The notes below the pieces were generated by a model, which made no database searches, had not been told where the DNA came from, and saw nothing but the letters and a program-made list of their open reading frames with translations. A program made the translations under genes and the position numbers. DNA of 64,000 nt from Chrysomallon squamiferum (taxonomy: Eukaryota; Animalia; Mollusca): assembly GCA_012295275.1 (NCBI GenBank), contig CM022672.1, positions 3,720,001-3,784,000 on the forward strand. The letters are read 5' to 3'. The first letter of the stretch is position 1. Every line of letters begins with the position of its first letter. Positions 1 to 15,208 of this stretch are shown here, piece by piece.

Positions 1-1707
1 CTTTTATCTCATACATTTAAAAATATAATAATAAATAAATAAAAAGATAATAATGGTTTAGTTTAGATTTATATTAGTGCTATGTAACTTCTTCAGTTTT
101 AAAGTTTAACATTTTATGGTGATCATTTTTTTTTTTTTTTTATTCCCCTCATTGAGTTTGTTTAAGATACTGCTTTCTTTTTCTTGTTGATAATTTTAAT
201 AATAATAAAAATATCTAAACAGGAAAAATATGTCTTGTTTGAGCCAGTTACATAGATAGATAGATAGATAAACAACAAACAAAAAAATAACAAGTAAAAA
301 GTAAATAAATAAAATAAAATAAATTGTTTGTTAATAATAATTATTAGATTATGTCTTGATTTAGTTCTATATTAAATTAGAAGAAGAAAAATAAATAGGA
401 TGATTGTTTTGATTTTTTCATACATAATTTTTCATTACTTTTGTGAAAGGAAAGCAGAAATTTAATAATGATAAAAAAAACAAAACAAAACAAAATAAAA
501 AATAAAATAAAAAATAAAAAAATAAAAAATAAAGAGAAAACAAATCAAATGCAAAAATAAAGACACCATAATTAGAACAATATCTTTCTGTTTCAGTCAT
601 ATTTATTATTACATAACTAATCAGTTATAATTATCTGAACCATGAAATATTTAAATTTAATATCAGTCATTACCGGTAGACAGTTTGTGTACAAAGTGAT
701 GTTATTAACATCATAGAAAACATCTTTTCATAAACCAGACCACCATTACATCACTGATGTGAACACAAGACAGATTTTATTACATGTAATTTGGTTTGTT
801 TGGGTTTGTCTGATGAAATCAATAAAAAAAATCTCATCCTAATTTAGACTTATTTCTAAGCTCCACTTGTTGAAATATCACTTTTCACATTCATTCATTT
901 TGCCTGGTTGTTTGTGTTTTTGTTGGAGCTTTTTTCAGACAAATAAAAAAAAAATTAAAAAAAATTAAATTATATAAATAACAAAAAAATAAAATAAAAT
1001 AAAATAAAATAAAATTAAATTAAATTAAATTAAATTAAATTAAATTAAATTAAATTAAATTAAATTAAATTAGATATAATTAAATTTAAAAAAAAAAGAG
1101 AAGGAAAATCGAAAAAGAAAACCAACAAAGATAAAACCACACCCAATGCCCAACCCGCCCCCCAAAAAATCAACACAAAACAACAAAAAACAAATAAAAT
1201 TTGTTATGGAAATAGGAAAAAAACAACAAAAAATCAGATAAATCGGTATGAATTATTAAAAAACAATCTTCTTGCCTGCTCTAAAAGAATTATTCTTTGC
1301 TTCTGAAATTTCTTAAACAAAAATACACATCACTCAATGTAATCAAGCATACTGACAAACAAAACATTTGTCATCATGTCAGAAATAACTAATTAGGATG
1401 TGAATTATTTATATTTTTATCAAAACTGTAATTATGACATTTAATTAATTAGCCTTATTTAACATTTCAGTTGAACACAAACAGAGTACCTGAAATGCTT
1501 TACATTTTTAATGTGTTTTATTATCTCATGATTATATTGTTGAATAAAATGTTAATTGTTAAATTAATGGTGAACTGTGCTAAGTGTCAGAGAGAATTTG
1601 ATGATGTTACATGAAGTATCATTGTTCAGATGTTGTATTGTCAGTATGTAATAATGAAACTATTAAAATATAATGGCCTTTGATTAATTTTTTAGAAACA
1701 CTAGCTT

Positions 1708-1980
1708 AGAACAGTAAAATGTACCAACATAATTTAAAATATCGTTCATTTTCATAACTAAATACTGGAGGTCAAAAGAAGCTTTTTAGGAGCATTAGGT
1801 AGAATATGAAATATACCAACATAATCAAAAGACCATAAATTTTGATAACTTAGTTCTGGAGCTTAGAAAAAAGATTTTTAGGAACATTAAGTAGAACAGG
1901 AAATATACCAGTATAATTTAAAATACAAAATGTTTTGATAAATAAATTCTGGAACTTAGAAAAAATAGGGTATATACCAA
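1708..1980. repeat. Degenerate tandem repeat, about 92-bp unit x3
   Basis: tagaa...aaat(a/g)tacca.cataat recurs at about 1708, 1800 and 1892. Confidence 0.75.
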
Positions 1981-4276
1981 TACAGGCACTGGAGAGGTTT
2001 TGTCCTCTGTGCTATCACATTTTGGTTGAATTAGTTATTCCAAGAGCTGCAGTCTGTTCCTGCTGCTTAGAGAGATGGAAATAAATAAAAAGAGGAATAA
2101 AAAACATTAACTGTCCCCATAAACGAGATTCTGAAGAATAAATCAATTGCCTTGAGGGTTTTGGACATTGGTCAGTAGCCACCTTACACGGTCAGACAGA
2201 AACTCAATCAGTGTCACAGAGAGAGAGAAAAATCAATATTAATACCAATTACAGGAAGTTGTTCTTTCATCAAAAACTGCTTTCTACACAAACAGTCGCA
2301 GTTGTAAGCCATTCACTTTATGGAAGGAAATCTGTAAGATAAATACAAAAAAAAAGGTTAAATTGAAAAGAAAGTCTATTAAAGAGTACTCTTCTAGAAT
2401 GTTTTTCTGAAAGATGTGTTGGTGCTTTTTTTTTTTGAATGAAGAATCCTTAAATATTCACTTAATGAGAATGAAAAGGCTGTTTACTTTAAAATCTATT
2501 AGAACAATTCTCTGGCCTGACAAGAAAGGGAAATTAACAATGGTGAATAAAAGAAAACCATTATAAACATTTAATTTAAATAAGGAAATCAGTAATATTA
2601 AAAACTTTTTTGTTTTGTTTTTTTGTCTACATCCATTAACAAATTTCAGAAAACTTTCATGTTGATTTCAAAATTTAAAAAAACCCCTAAAAAAGCCCAA
2701 CAGATACTTGAATGAAATCAGAAACATTTTTAATTTTTTAATTATATGTTTTACATTTTTTGGTGCATACTGCTTTAACACCTATTAATTGTTGAATTTT
2801 CTGCAATAATGAGGATAATAATTATAATAATAATAATTTTCTTTCTTTTTTCCTTTTTTTTCTAAATCTGTTAACATTTACCAAGTTTATTTGATGAGAG
2901 GAATATAAAAACAAAATGAACAACAACAAAATCCATCCAGATAATGTAAGGAAAGAGAAAATAAATAATACATATAATACAAAATATATAACTGATAATA
3001 CAATTTTTAAATTATTTCTTGTGATCTCAATCAGTCCTCTCAAAAGGTTAATTCAAAGACACAAACACAAATACATACATATACACACAGGGGTAGATCT
3101 GTAATGAAACTACTAAAAGCTTAAACCCCAGAAGCATTTTTAGTTCAAAATTTTGATCAAAATCTGACACTAAATTTTAAGCATCTGTTACAAAACAAGC
3201 CATAGTAGAAGACAATGGTGGTTATCAGGATCTTGTTGCTGCGTGTGAATGGTCAAAAATGTACGTATGCAAGCACACACAGAATGGAAAATAGAACTAA
3301 ATTACTTTATTGCTTATTAGAATTTTCCATGAAAAATTTCTCTGATTGAAAATAAATTTAAAATAAAAATACTATCACTCCACCTCCCACCCACCCCCAA
3401 AAGAAAGAATATCGGAATGTAAGAAATCTGAAACCTTTTTTCAAAATCAAAATAAAAACATTTTCCATACTCTTTGGAGAAACATTTTTTTCTCAGATTA
3501 AAAACAAAATCTTTGAAATCACATAAACCAAAAATCATTGGAGATTTTATTTAGTATTTTAACATGAAATGACTCGTTGGGAAATTGAATTTTCCAGACT
3601 TGGCAAGTTGGCAGTTGTTTGTACTTTATTCCATTAGTCATGGAGCACTAGTGTCAATTTGTTTGATAATGAGATTTGTTGGATGGGTCCACAACAAGCA
3701 TTAAGTATGAATGTGGAAAAATTTGTGACTGGTGCTCTTCGATTTGTGGCAAAAGGTGAAAATAATGCAATAACTGTGTCTGATTAATTCTGTAATCCAT
3801 TTTTCTTACATGGCTAAAAGCTTTATAGAGGGGCATTGGTTGTGAAATGAAAACAAGCATGATTTGTTCTTTTTCTGTTCAAGTTTGTTCTGTTTATATT
3901 TAAAACACAATTTTCCTTCTTTACTTTTCTTTATTCATAGTTATTATTATTATTTTTTTTGTTGATAAACAACCTAATTAATATTCAGACATTATTCTCC
4001 TGATTAGTTTTATCTAAGGTTGATATCAAGTACCCAAATAACGATTTCAAAACAGAGCAGATTTTTATTAGGCTAATGCAGCTGTATTATTAAAATTAAC
4101 TTTTAATATTAAAAATGATGATTTGGAAATAAAATAAAAAATTGTTATTAGTTAATTACAATTCTGTTTTTTGAATTCACACTGAGTATCGAAATAATGA
4201 TTTGGATGTAGAATATACGGAATATTTAGGTTATTACTGTTCTGTTATTTAAATTTATTTGTGTTTTTCTGTTCAG

Positions 4277-4561
4277 GCTGGACACCTGGGAGTGTGACCA
4301 GGAGGAGTGGACGCCCACAGAGCGAGTTTTACATCATCACAGAAAAACACTGTTAAATCACAACAGCGATACTAACAGACCAGCATCCAGCAAACGACGG
4401 AAAAAAGTGCATAAAGACACTAGTGGTGGGTACACTGTCATTTAGTGTCTTATTGTTCACCTGCTCATAATGCATATACATATTTTTAATTTTTTTAATC
4501 TTTTTTTTATTATTATTATTATTTAATTTTTAATTAATTTATTTTATTTTTTTTTTTTTTT

Positions 4562-4597
<36 letters not shown>

Positions 4598-4803
4598 CTA
4601 TTTTCATTTTTTTTTTTTTTTTTTTTTGGATATAATAATGACATCAACAATTAAATCTACTGCCATCACTTTATTACTTGTGTTGTGCTTTTTCATAAAC
4701 AGAAAATCATATGCTTTGATATGCCAGTTTTGAAACAATGTTCATGATCTACACTACTTTTAACCCTAGAGCTTTATATGTCCTTCTCTCCGAGGGAGGG
4801 AGG

Positions 4804-4881
<78 letters not shown>

Positions 4882-4928
4882 GAGAGAGGAGGAGGGAGGG
4901 AGGGGGAGGGAGGGGGAGGGAGGGGAGG

Positions 4929-4993
<65 letters not shown>

Positions 4994-7900
4994 ACCTTAG
5001 TTAGATATAGTAAAAAATGTGATGGTATGAATATAGATTTGAGAACTGATACTGAAGGTAGCAAAAGCAACAAATTGGGAAGCTGATACAGAATAATCAA
5101 TTAATAGACAGAAGAGCTGATAGATACAGGAGATTTGTAAAGTAGATTTGCAGAGCTGATAGAATGAAGAACACGATGTGTTTAATGTAAATTGGAAAGT
5201 TAATACAGAAACACAGAATACACCAGAGAATGGAAAGAGAAGAGGTTTTTATTTTTGCCAGCAGACAAGAGTTAACTGTGTTGCCAGGAAAGCTGGAAGA
5301 CAGATTACTTTAGTAGCTGATAGCCTGTAGATGATCAAAAGAAAATTGGTAGAACAGACAAAAGTGTCCAGTTTGAAATGTTTATACTGTAGACAGAAGA
5401 AGTACAATAAATTTAGGGTCTGAAATATTTGATGTGTTCATATAATTATTATTCAAATGTTCACGCAGTAGATTGGAATGTTCATTTTGTAGACAGAAAT
5501 GTTTGTACGGTAGACTGAACAATTCATACATTAGTTTGAAGTGTTCCTATACTAAATGGAATAGTTATACAGTACACTGAAATGTTCATACTGTAGAATG
5601 AAGTGTTCATATTGTAGAATGAAGTGTTTATACAGTAGATTTCAGAACTGATAAAGTAATTTTTGAAATTTCAGGAATACTAGATAATTGTTTGCTTTGT
5701 TTTTAATTGTACTTTTTGATCTCTAATTGTCTTACCATCTCATTTTTCTTTCCTTTTTTTTTTTCATTTCCTTATTAAATGACAGTATTAAATGTTGAAA
5801 GGAAACCATTAATTACCTGTCATTACCTGTTTATTTCCAACTAGTTTTCTTTCATTTTTCTATTTATCTACTTAACAGTCTTTATTCTGATTTCAGTCTT
5901 ACCTGTCACATTTCACTATTTTATTAATACTCAATTTGTTTTTCTTCAGTAAAGACAGATTAATTTCCGTCAGATTAGATAAAGATTTGTGATAATATAT
6001 AATTCAACAATGGCAATATTAGTCACTAATGTTTTCTGAGAGCCATATGTAGTATATATTATTTATGAAATTAAAAATAAAATAAGTAATTATAGCTTAG
6101 TAAAGAAAGACAAACACTGAAACAGATCTTCATAATATAGGCCATGGATAAAAAGAAAAAAGTGAATGAAAGTACAAATGTAATGTCAAATATTTTATTA
6201 CTAATGATTATTACTTGTGAAACACAATTTTCATAAGCTGATGATTTTTTTTTGTTTATTCTCTTCATTTTTGAGACTAAAACTAAAAGTCTATCTTGTA
6301 GCTTAGTCAATTTTCACTGTTAGGATAAAATAACAGTAGAAACCGGGGAAGTAATTACATAACTGTAATAGAAGTGGTTGCACTTATTTGACGTTAAACA
6401 TTCACAAAACAACAACAAAAACAACCAATCAAAAAAAGAACCAAAAAAAAAAAAAAAAAAAATATGCTGTTGTTGCTTAAATTATTTTATTGTGATTTGT
6501 GAAAAAGCACTCACCATCTATGAAACCTGTTGCTCCTAATCAATGATCTACTGTTATTGATTGCTAATACAGGCTGATAATCTTTTATCCAAAATACCTG
6601 GGACTGGAAGTATTTCAGATTTCTGAATTTTTAGGATTTTAGAATATAAAGAGATAGCCTGACAATAGGATCTAAGACTAAATATGAATTTCATTTATAT
6701 TTCATGTACAGAATACAGATGGCCTGCAGGATTTTCTCTATAATATTTTAAAATAATTTTGTGCTTAAAATAAAGTTTGTGTATGCAAAATGTTCCAATA
6801 ATTTTAAAACTCCAACATTTCTGCTGCTTGGAAAAAGTTTCGGATTACGGAGCTTTTTGGATTTTAGAATTTCAGATAATGGATTCTCAACCTGTAACAG
6901 GCCTTTCTACAGACAGGAATGTACAAACACATTTAATATACCAGACAATCATAAATCAGTGGCTGTACAGAACTAGGTGAATGTTTACCCCTTAAGGGAA
7001 TTGATCCTGTGATCTCTTGTTCCAAGGACAAGCTCTCTTGTAACACTGTGTTAACTTACACTTCCCTCTTGGCTAGCAGAGTTAATCAAGTGTCAGTGTA
7101 TTTTGTTCAGTTATTCAAACCACTGGTGATTTTATCAGACGGTGTGAAAACAAAAGTCAATTATCTGAGTGATCTGACAAATTCTGTGTTTACAATAATG
7201 ATTTTTCATATCTCGGTCTGACACAGTAATTTAATGATCAATGAATAAATGTATGTCTTAATACTTAATCAATGAATAAATATATGTCTTAATACTTAAT
7301 CAATGAATAAATTTATCTTTTAGTACTTTTACTGCACATCAACATACCTTAACATTAATTTTGTGTTTGAAATGGGCTGGTATAGTAATTTAGAGATCAA
7401 TAAATGAAAATATGTTTTAATCAATGAATACATATATTTTTTTTAGTACTTTTATTGCAGCTTAACAGACTTTAACATTAACATTATGTGTGAATCATGT
7501 TTGTTAATTTTAGGTTTTTAATGCAAAGATTATATAATACAGAAATCCTGTTCATGTTAGTCCACATTCTAAATCCTTAACTTTTTTTTTTTTCTTTTTC
7601 TTTTATTGTTACTGACCTGAATACAGATAAGAATGTCTTGCACCAAGGAATCACAAAACAGATTCTAGTACAAAGTAGGTAAAGGGATACCCTTAAGCAA
7701 ATTCATCTTGTGACTGTTGCTTCAAAGACTATCTATTTATCACACAACATTTATTTATACTTTTCTTATGATTAACAAATGAATCAAGAGCTAAAATATT
7801 CCATTACAAAATCATGTTATTTAAAACACTACATCTGATTTTATCATCTGCTGTTATTAAAAAACATCAACAGCTGTGTAATCTATCTGTCTGTCTGTCT

Positions 7901-9499
7901 GTGTGTTTAGCTTAATGATTTTTTTTTTTACTGCTCTTATCAGAGGTTGATGTTATTGATCTGAACTGATAGAGCCGACATCAGATCTCGTATTTTTCAA
8001 TTTCTCACCTATTAATTCTGACTGGAAAGTTCCAGGCGTAAAACGACTAAGCAGTGACAGTATTATTTATCTGTGTTTTCCTTCCTTCTGAGACAGCCTA
8101 GCGAGAAATCTCATATTGATTTGAAAATAAGTTTGGCAGACTTAGAGACTGGTTAATTTGGTTTAGAGATGTGTGGAATATTAATCTCCTAGTTTATAAC
8201 TCTCATGTTGAGGTTGTTGCTTATTTCTGGCACTTGATGGGCTATGTGTTTTAAATGTGCATACATGCATGATTGGGTGAACAAAATAGCCTAAATATAC
8301 TTTGACTGTATCCTAGTAATTGTTAAATTATTTAATAGAGATCACTAATCTTTGATGATAATAATAAAGTTGAAAGAGGACACATTACAAACTCCTTTTT
8401 AAAAATATTTTATACATAGGCTGAGATAAATAAATTTCCAGTGATTTTAATTTTTCAGTGTCTCAGGAATTTGAAAGCTTTTTTAAAAAAGTATGATAAA
8501 ACTATATTATTTGCCTAAATGTCTCATCAGGCTTGTGATTTTAGTGTTATACTTTATTGTTAGCAAATGTTGATTTTTAACTACTTATCACTAGATGTGA
8601 TGTAGTTATTTATGTCTGCTAATCCAAACTATTTTTGAATTCTAATTCTTATCCTGCTTTTTAATCAGATCATCAAAAGAGTAATATTAAAAAAAAATAA
8701 TAATAAAATAAAAAATCTGCTAGATACATGAATGATCATTCAATGAAAAGCAATTGGTACTTCAAAGATCCACCTATCATTTTCCTCTCTGTTGTAAAGA
8801 GATAGCTTTTATGGCACTAACCCAGAAAATCTGTTTATCTGAAACAAGCTGTGAGATTCTGGAACCATACCTCAAAAAAAAAAAAAAAAAACCTACAACA
8901 TTCTGGCCACCAGAACTAAAACACTATCAGATAAGTAACCAGTGAGGCTGGTGAAATACCAGTTATGACCACAAAAAAGCTACTAAAGCAACTTTTACAG
9001 TAATTCTGTGCCAACATTTCCTGTGCATTATGTGGGAGTTGTGTGGGTTCCTTTATGTCCTGACATGTTAAAATATGTAATTGTTACCACTCACACTATA
9101 AAACACAAGTGTTAATCAATAACAGTCTTTACATTCTCTCTTACATTTATCAGTCTTTCTTTGACTGTCTCTGTGTGTGTGTGTTTTTGTTTTTGTGTGT
9201 GTGTGCTTGTAAATAAATGCATGCATGCATGTATGTATGTACGTATGTGTATATGCATGCATGTATGTATGTACCTATGTGTATATGTATGTATCTATGT
9301 AATAATATATGCATACATAACAGATGAAGGTATGTATTCATGTATGTATTTGTACATTTATTTGCTGTTTATATTTATGTTAATATCTATGAATGTATAT
9401 GCATAATGTGTTTGTGTGTTTATGTATGTATGTATGTGTATGTATGTATGTATGTATATGTGTGTGTATGCTCTATGTATTAACATATATATATATATG

Positions 9500-9534
<35 letters not shown>

Positions 9535-12261
9535 ACACACACACAAACACACAAACAGACACACAGATATTACACCCATCCATCTTAATCTACTGATATC
9601 TTTGTTTCACCTCCACTGTGGCTATCAAATAGACTGACTCAGTTATACGGAGATGATAAGTATCTGATTCCTTTTTGTCCAACAAAACTTGAAAGATAAA
9701 CATATATACTTCCTGGTTAAGTGGTTATAGAAGCATGGATTTTTTTTTTTTTTTTTTTTTTTTGTGAACAAATAAGTTTTTTCACAAAAATAAAAAGTGC
9801 CCTGATTAAGTGTTTAAAAGGGTGGGCTTAAGAAAACAGAAAAGAAAAATGGATTAAGTAGCATAATGAAAACATTTTAAATACAGTAAGAACATTGATA
9901 ACATTATGGATGGATTTATAAAACATTATTTTTATTATTATGTGCAGACTGTTGGATCAACATTGTCTGAAGTTTGTTTTATTTAAAGACACTCTAGAAA
10001 ACACTGATTTATTTTCTATCTATGTCACTTCTTTGAATATTGTTGAGGATTTCCTTGTATGAAGTCTTCAGAAGACATCTGATAATTTAGCAGTGAGGTC
10101 TCTTCTGTATACACTTTCCCGAGAAACCACGTAACATAGGTTTTTGACAAATGAATTGTGAGCACTAGCAGGAACAGGAAATTGCCAGCAGTGCAGGTTG
10201 ATCCTTGCAACTCATAATGCCACCAACCAGTTTTAGGCACAAAGCTACAGCATAATATTATATAACAGAGAATAATTAAATAACAAGCATGTCCATGCAT
10301 TCATAAAGTATTGGCAGGCAGGACTAACACACTAATTACCAGTGTAGTACTAATGAAAATTATTTATTCACTCAGTTGTGTATTATATCACTGTAGTCAG
10401 TAACTGCAATAAAAATTACATATGTTTCTGATGTAACTAGATGTACATTATGAATGTACGAACAGCAATTAATTTTGTAATTTCTAACCAGCAACTGTAA
10501 AATTACAATTTTTACCTACAGGAATAATTTGAATGTTTCTCAGTATTCATTCTGGTTTGTGTATTTGTATAGATGTGGAATTTTTCATTTACAATTTGTT
10601 CTGTGTGTGTGTGTGCGTATGTATGTGGGTGTGTAAAATAATTTTTTACATAGATCCAAAATGTCAAGGAAGACCTCTTCACTATTTGCTCCTACCCACA
10701 CTTTAGAGAGATATAAAACCACCAACCCTTCTCTTCTTTTTAACTGATACTCCAGTTGTCTTGAAGGACACACATGATTTTAATGAATGTACCTGTGTGA
10801 ACAGTGCCAGTGAATTCAGTTGAGATTTAAAACACCTACACCTGTAACTGCCGAAGTGCTCTACTCTTAAATGCTACTTCAGAACTTGTGTTCTGTCTGT
10901 ATTGTACATAAGGACTTTAAGATTGTTCAAGTACTAAGATATTAACAGGAAGCTTTAGCAATTGCTTAGACTGTAAATGAAGGTTTCGTTCTAAAGAAAT
11001 TTATGATGGTCTGCTGGATGTACTTAGGCATTAACTTCAAATATTGCAAATTGCTTAGGTTGTATCTCAAGGCTTCATATTAAAGAATGTTCAAACAGCC
11101 AGTGCTATAATTGTACTTAGATGTTTATTTCTGACTTTGGGATAAAAAACAAATCTTGACTGTAGGCCTATCTAAGGTCTTTGTTGTAAAAAAAAAAAAA
11201 AAATTGTGTCAGTCTTTCTGTACATTGCATTTTGTGAATTACTTGGGCTGCAATAAGATCTTCATTGTAAAGAATATTCACCCAGCCTATTATACATTCA
11301 TAGATTCCTATTTGAAGATTTTGGAATTGCTTCATTTTAACAAAAAAAAAAAAGTATTAATGTGGCTTGTTTAATGTGCTTGACAGAAATATTAAGAATC
11401 AATCACAAGCTCTATGTCTTTCTTTTTAAAAAAAAGCTGCTAGAAAAATGAAGGAAGTAATTGTGTGACTTTTGGAAAATGACAGTGCAAATAAAGAGAC
11501 ATTCAGCTCAGTGATGTTAATTGATTTCATCTCTGACAAAAGTTAATTAACCACTGATTAGATGTGAGAAAATCGATTGAGGCTTTTGACTCAGATTTTA
11601 TCAAATACTTATTTGTCATGATAATGTCAGCCGAACAAGACTTGGATGTTAATAGACTCTCATGCTGAAATGGTGATAATGTAATGACGTAGTAGAATGT
11701 TTTAATGATGAAAGTGGCTAAATTCTGATAGGAGTTTACACGAATGTTTTGATTTTATTTTACATTCTGTTGCATGAAGAGAAAAATAATTATACTGACC
11801 CGATAGTATTTGTCATTGTTTAATGTCATTTAATTTTAAGTTTTATTATTGTTTTTGTTTTTTTGTTTATTAATATATATTTTTTAATTATTTTTTGTTT
11901 TGTTGTTTTTTGTACAAACAAAAGTAACATTATTATGATGCTATATTATTTATTTTATTCAATGTTTTGTAAGTATGATTTAAAAAAATATTTTATAATA
12001 TTTTTGAAAATCAGTGAAAACACTGATGTTGATATCAGAACTTGATATTGTATTATTTTATCATACTTTTTTTTTCTGTCTATGGGAATACACCAATATG
12101 AGAACACTTACTGCTAATCTATGGGAATAGCCCACTGTAAGGTGATATTTGATTTTTTCTTTATTGTAATCTATAACCATTGTTATCTGGGTAGAAATTA
12201 CCATAATTATGTTTGTCATGTAGTGATTAATATTAATTTTGCTGAAATTTATTTACACCTG

Positions 12262-12294
<33 letters not shown>

Positions 12295-12946
12295 ATGCGT
12301 GCATGCATACATACATGTTTCCAGATAGTTCACTACATGTGGCTGGATTACATTGTGACTGAATGGACATTACTTGAAATTTACTTAAGTATCTTTATGA
12401 AATAGTATACAAAATATTCTCTCTCTGTATTTAAACAGTGTTTGATATGGAAAGGGGTTAATCTTTCAGTTTGCTTTTATACTTCTGTGTATTAGAATAG
12501 AGATGCTATTTTCTGAATAACAAATATCTAGAACAAAGTCTGAAGATATCAGATGTACTAATGGTCAGGTTTTCTTTGCCTTAATTTTACAATCGTTACA
12601 ATCTAGAAAAGAGGGAAAGAGATGACAGGGTTATGTCAAAAGTGAATGTATTTAACAACACCTCAAGCTATTCTAATATTAATTAACTGATGATATGTGT
12701 TGTCATATATAAATTTTCATGATAAAAATGATATTAAGAAAGGAAACCTGAGAAGCCACTCCATGGATTCTTCTTGTGGATTAGTAGCAAGGGAACTGTT
12801 ATATCCACCTTCCCATAAACAGGAAACACTGTATTAAAGCAGTTTCTTTCTTTCAAATATGAACAACTTTAATTAAATTCCATAATTGTTTTTTAAGCTG
12901 ATTTGTTAAGGTTATATCATTTTGTTTCGTCAGGTGGTTATATGTA

Positions 12947-13029
<83 letters not shown>

Positions 13030-13354
13030 CAGCTGGTTAATTTATTAATAAACAGAAAATATTTTACATTCTTTCCTAAATATATCACTTTAGAAAACCT
13101 TCTATTTTTTTTTTTTTTTTCCTATGGAGAAGTCTACTTATTTTTTTAATAAATATATATATTTTATCTATGGAATTTTAGTTTCTGAAGATACTGACTT
13201 GTTTATCTCTTTGACTTAATCATTAACAGAGTGTGGAAATCGCACAATCTCCCAAATTACCGAGATCTGGGTCAGACAGGGTAAAGCAGCTGAAACTAAA
13301 TATTAAATGTTATATTATCTGTAATAATAGATTGTTCTTTTATTCTTTATCTTG

Positions 13355-13443
<89 letters not shown>

Positions 13444-14462
13444 ATACCATATTTTGATTTCTTTTTTCTTCTTCCAGATGAACTCGTAAGCACAACACCG
13501 AATATATCAGTTGAAGATGAAACTGTACAACTTAAACTTTTGTGTGGTGCTGATCTCTTGGAATCATTTGCTGTCCCAGGACTCTGGTCTAATGAAGATG
13601 TGTGTTAAATACTCTTTTATTTTACAATTACCATGATATAAATATATGTTATTGATTTCTAAAACAGTTCATAAAGATGTATAAAACAATCACCATGTTC
13701 CATACTAGATCTACTGCAGATGTTATTTGCAGCTTATACATACACTAATAATTTTTCATTAACCTTGAATGTCAAATATTGCATAATTATACATTTTTCC
13801 AGGATCAATGGGTTGTCACGATAAATATTCATCAGAAAATCTTGAACATGAATGTCTGCAAATATCAGTGTTTTGGGATAATTTAAAGCAAATGTAAAAC
13901 AAATTTTACAAATTTAAAGGATTAATACCAATAGCTTCTCTGAAATTATTAAGTACAAAATTCATCAAACAGGATTGAGTCCTTAACCATTCACTCCTTA
14001 AGCTTCACTTGCAAAATTAAACTGTTTTAAACTGTATTTTCACTGATGTTATGTTTGACAGATTGAAGAAATTGTGGGTTCTTATGGTTTAGTGTGTATT
14101 TCCCGTTCTGGATCTAACCCGCAGAAATTTATATATGAATCGGATGTTTTGACAAAATTTCAGGTAAGTCACGCTGTATAATATATTTTTATAATTTTGC
14201 ATGTTTTTATTTATTATATATATATATTTTTAAGTATCTTATTGTTATTGTTGTTGTTGTTATATTATCTAAATCTAGTTCCAGTTTCAGCCAGTGCTCT
14301 TGTTTCTTGGATTTATCTTCAAAAATAAAATAAAAAATAAAAATACTGGTGAAAATGGTTGTGAGGTATTAAGCAAGCTCAGTCTTTTGAGTCTTTTCTC
14401 ACACACCATACGTGAAAAGCGGCCATGTTTTTACTGACTTCTTGCCAAGTAAGATTTTTGCT

Positions 14463-14513
<51 letters not shown>

Positions 14514-15148
14514 CATAATACACAACACAAAACACATACACACACAGGGCACATAAGAAATAACTGCAGGATAAAAAAACAAATAACTGGCTACAGTCTT
14601 AACATATCTGCTTTATCCAGCTCAGGTCGAAAGGTGATGCAGCTCAGCACAGACTCACTGCACATCAGCATTCTTGCCTTCACAGGATAAAACCGATATC
14701 TTTAGACAGTAACCAGTTATTGCCCTATTTGAATCAGTAATCATACAAACACAAATGACAAATTAATTTCTAATAAAACGTGTTTTCTGTTACATGCTCA
14801 GTTAGCAGACTGCAGAGGGATGCAGTAGATAAAAGCAAAATCATTTGACATATACAAATTATTAATTTTTGATGAGAGGACAAAATCCATTGATAAAGTA
14901 GTAATGCTATAAACAAGTGTAATGATACATTCTCCAAAACAAAACATGCTGAGCTTTTCATTTATTGGTTGCATAAAAAGTGTATGTGTTAACATTAATT
15001 TTTAGTTACTTTTTTAAATTACAAAATAAACTTAAGTATTTTTCTTTAATCTGTTTCATTTCACTACTGATCTGTATAATAAATAAAATGCCATGTATGT
15101 ATGTATGTATGTATGTATGTCTGTCTGTCTGTGTGTATGTGTGTGTGT

Positions 15149-15208
<60 letters not shown>

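Noticed and set aside
4738-5100. RE-repeat and SL-repeat ORFs
   Set aside because: Translations of a (GA)n microsatellite.
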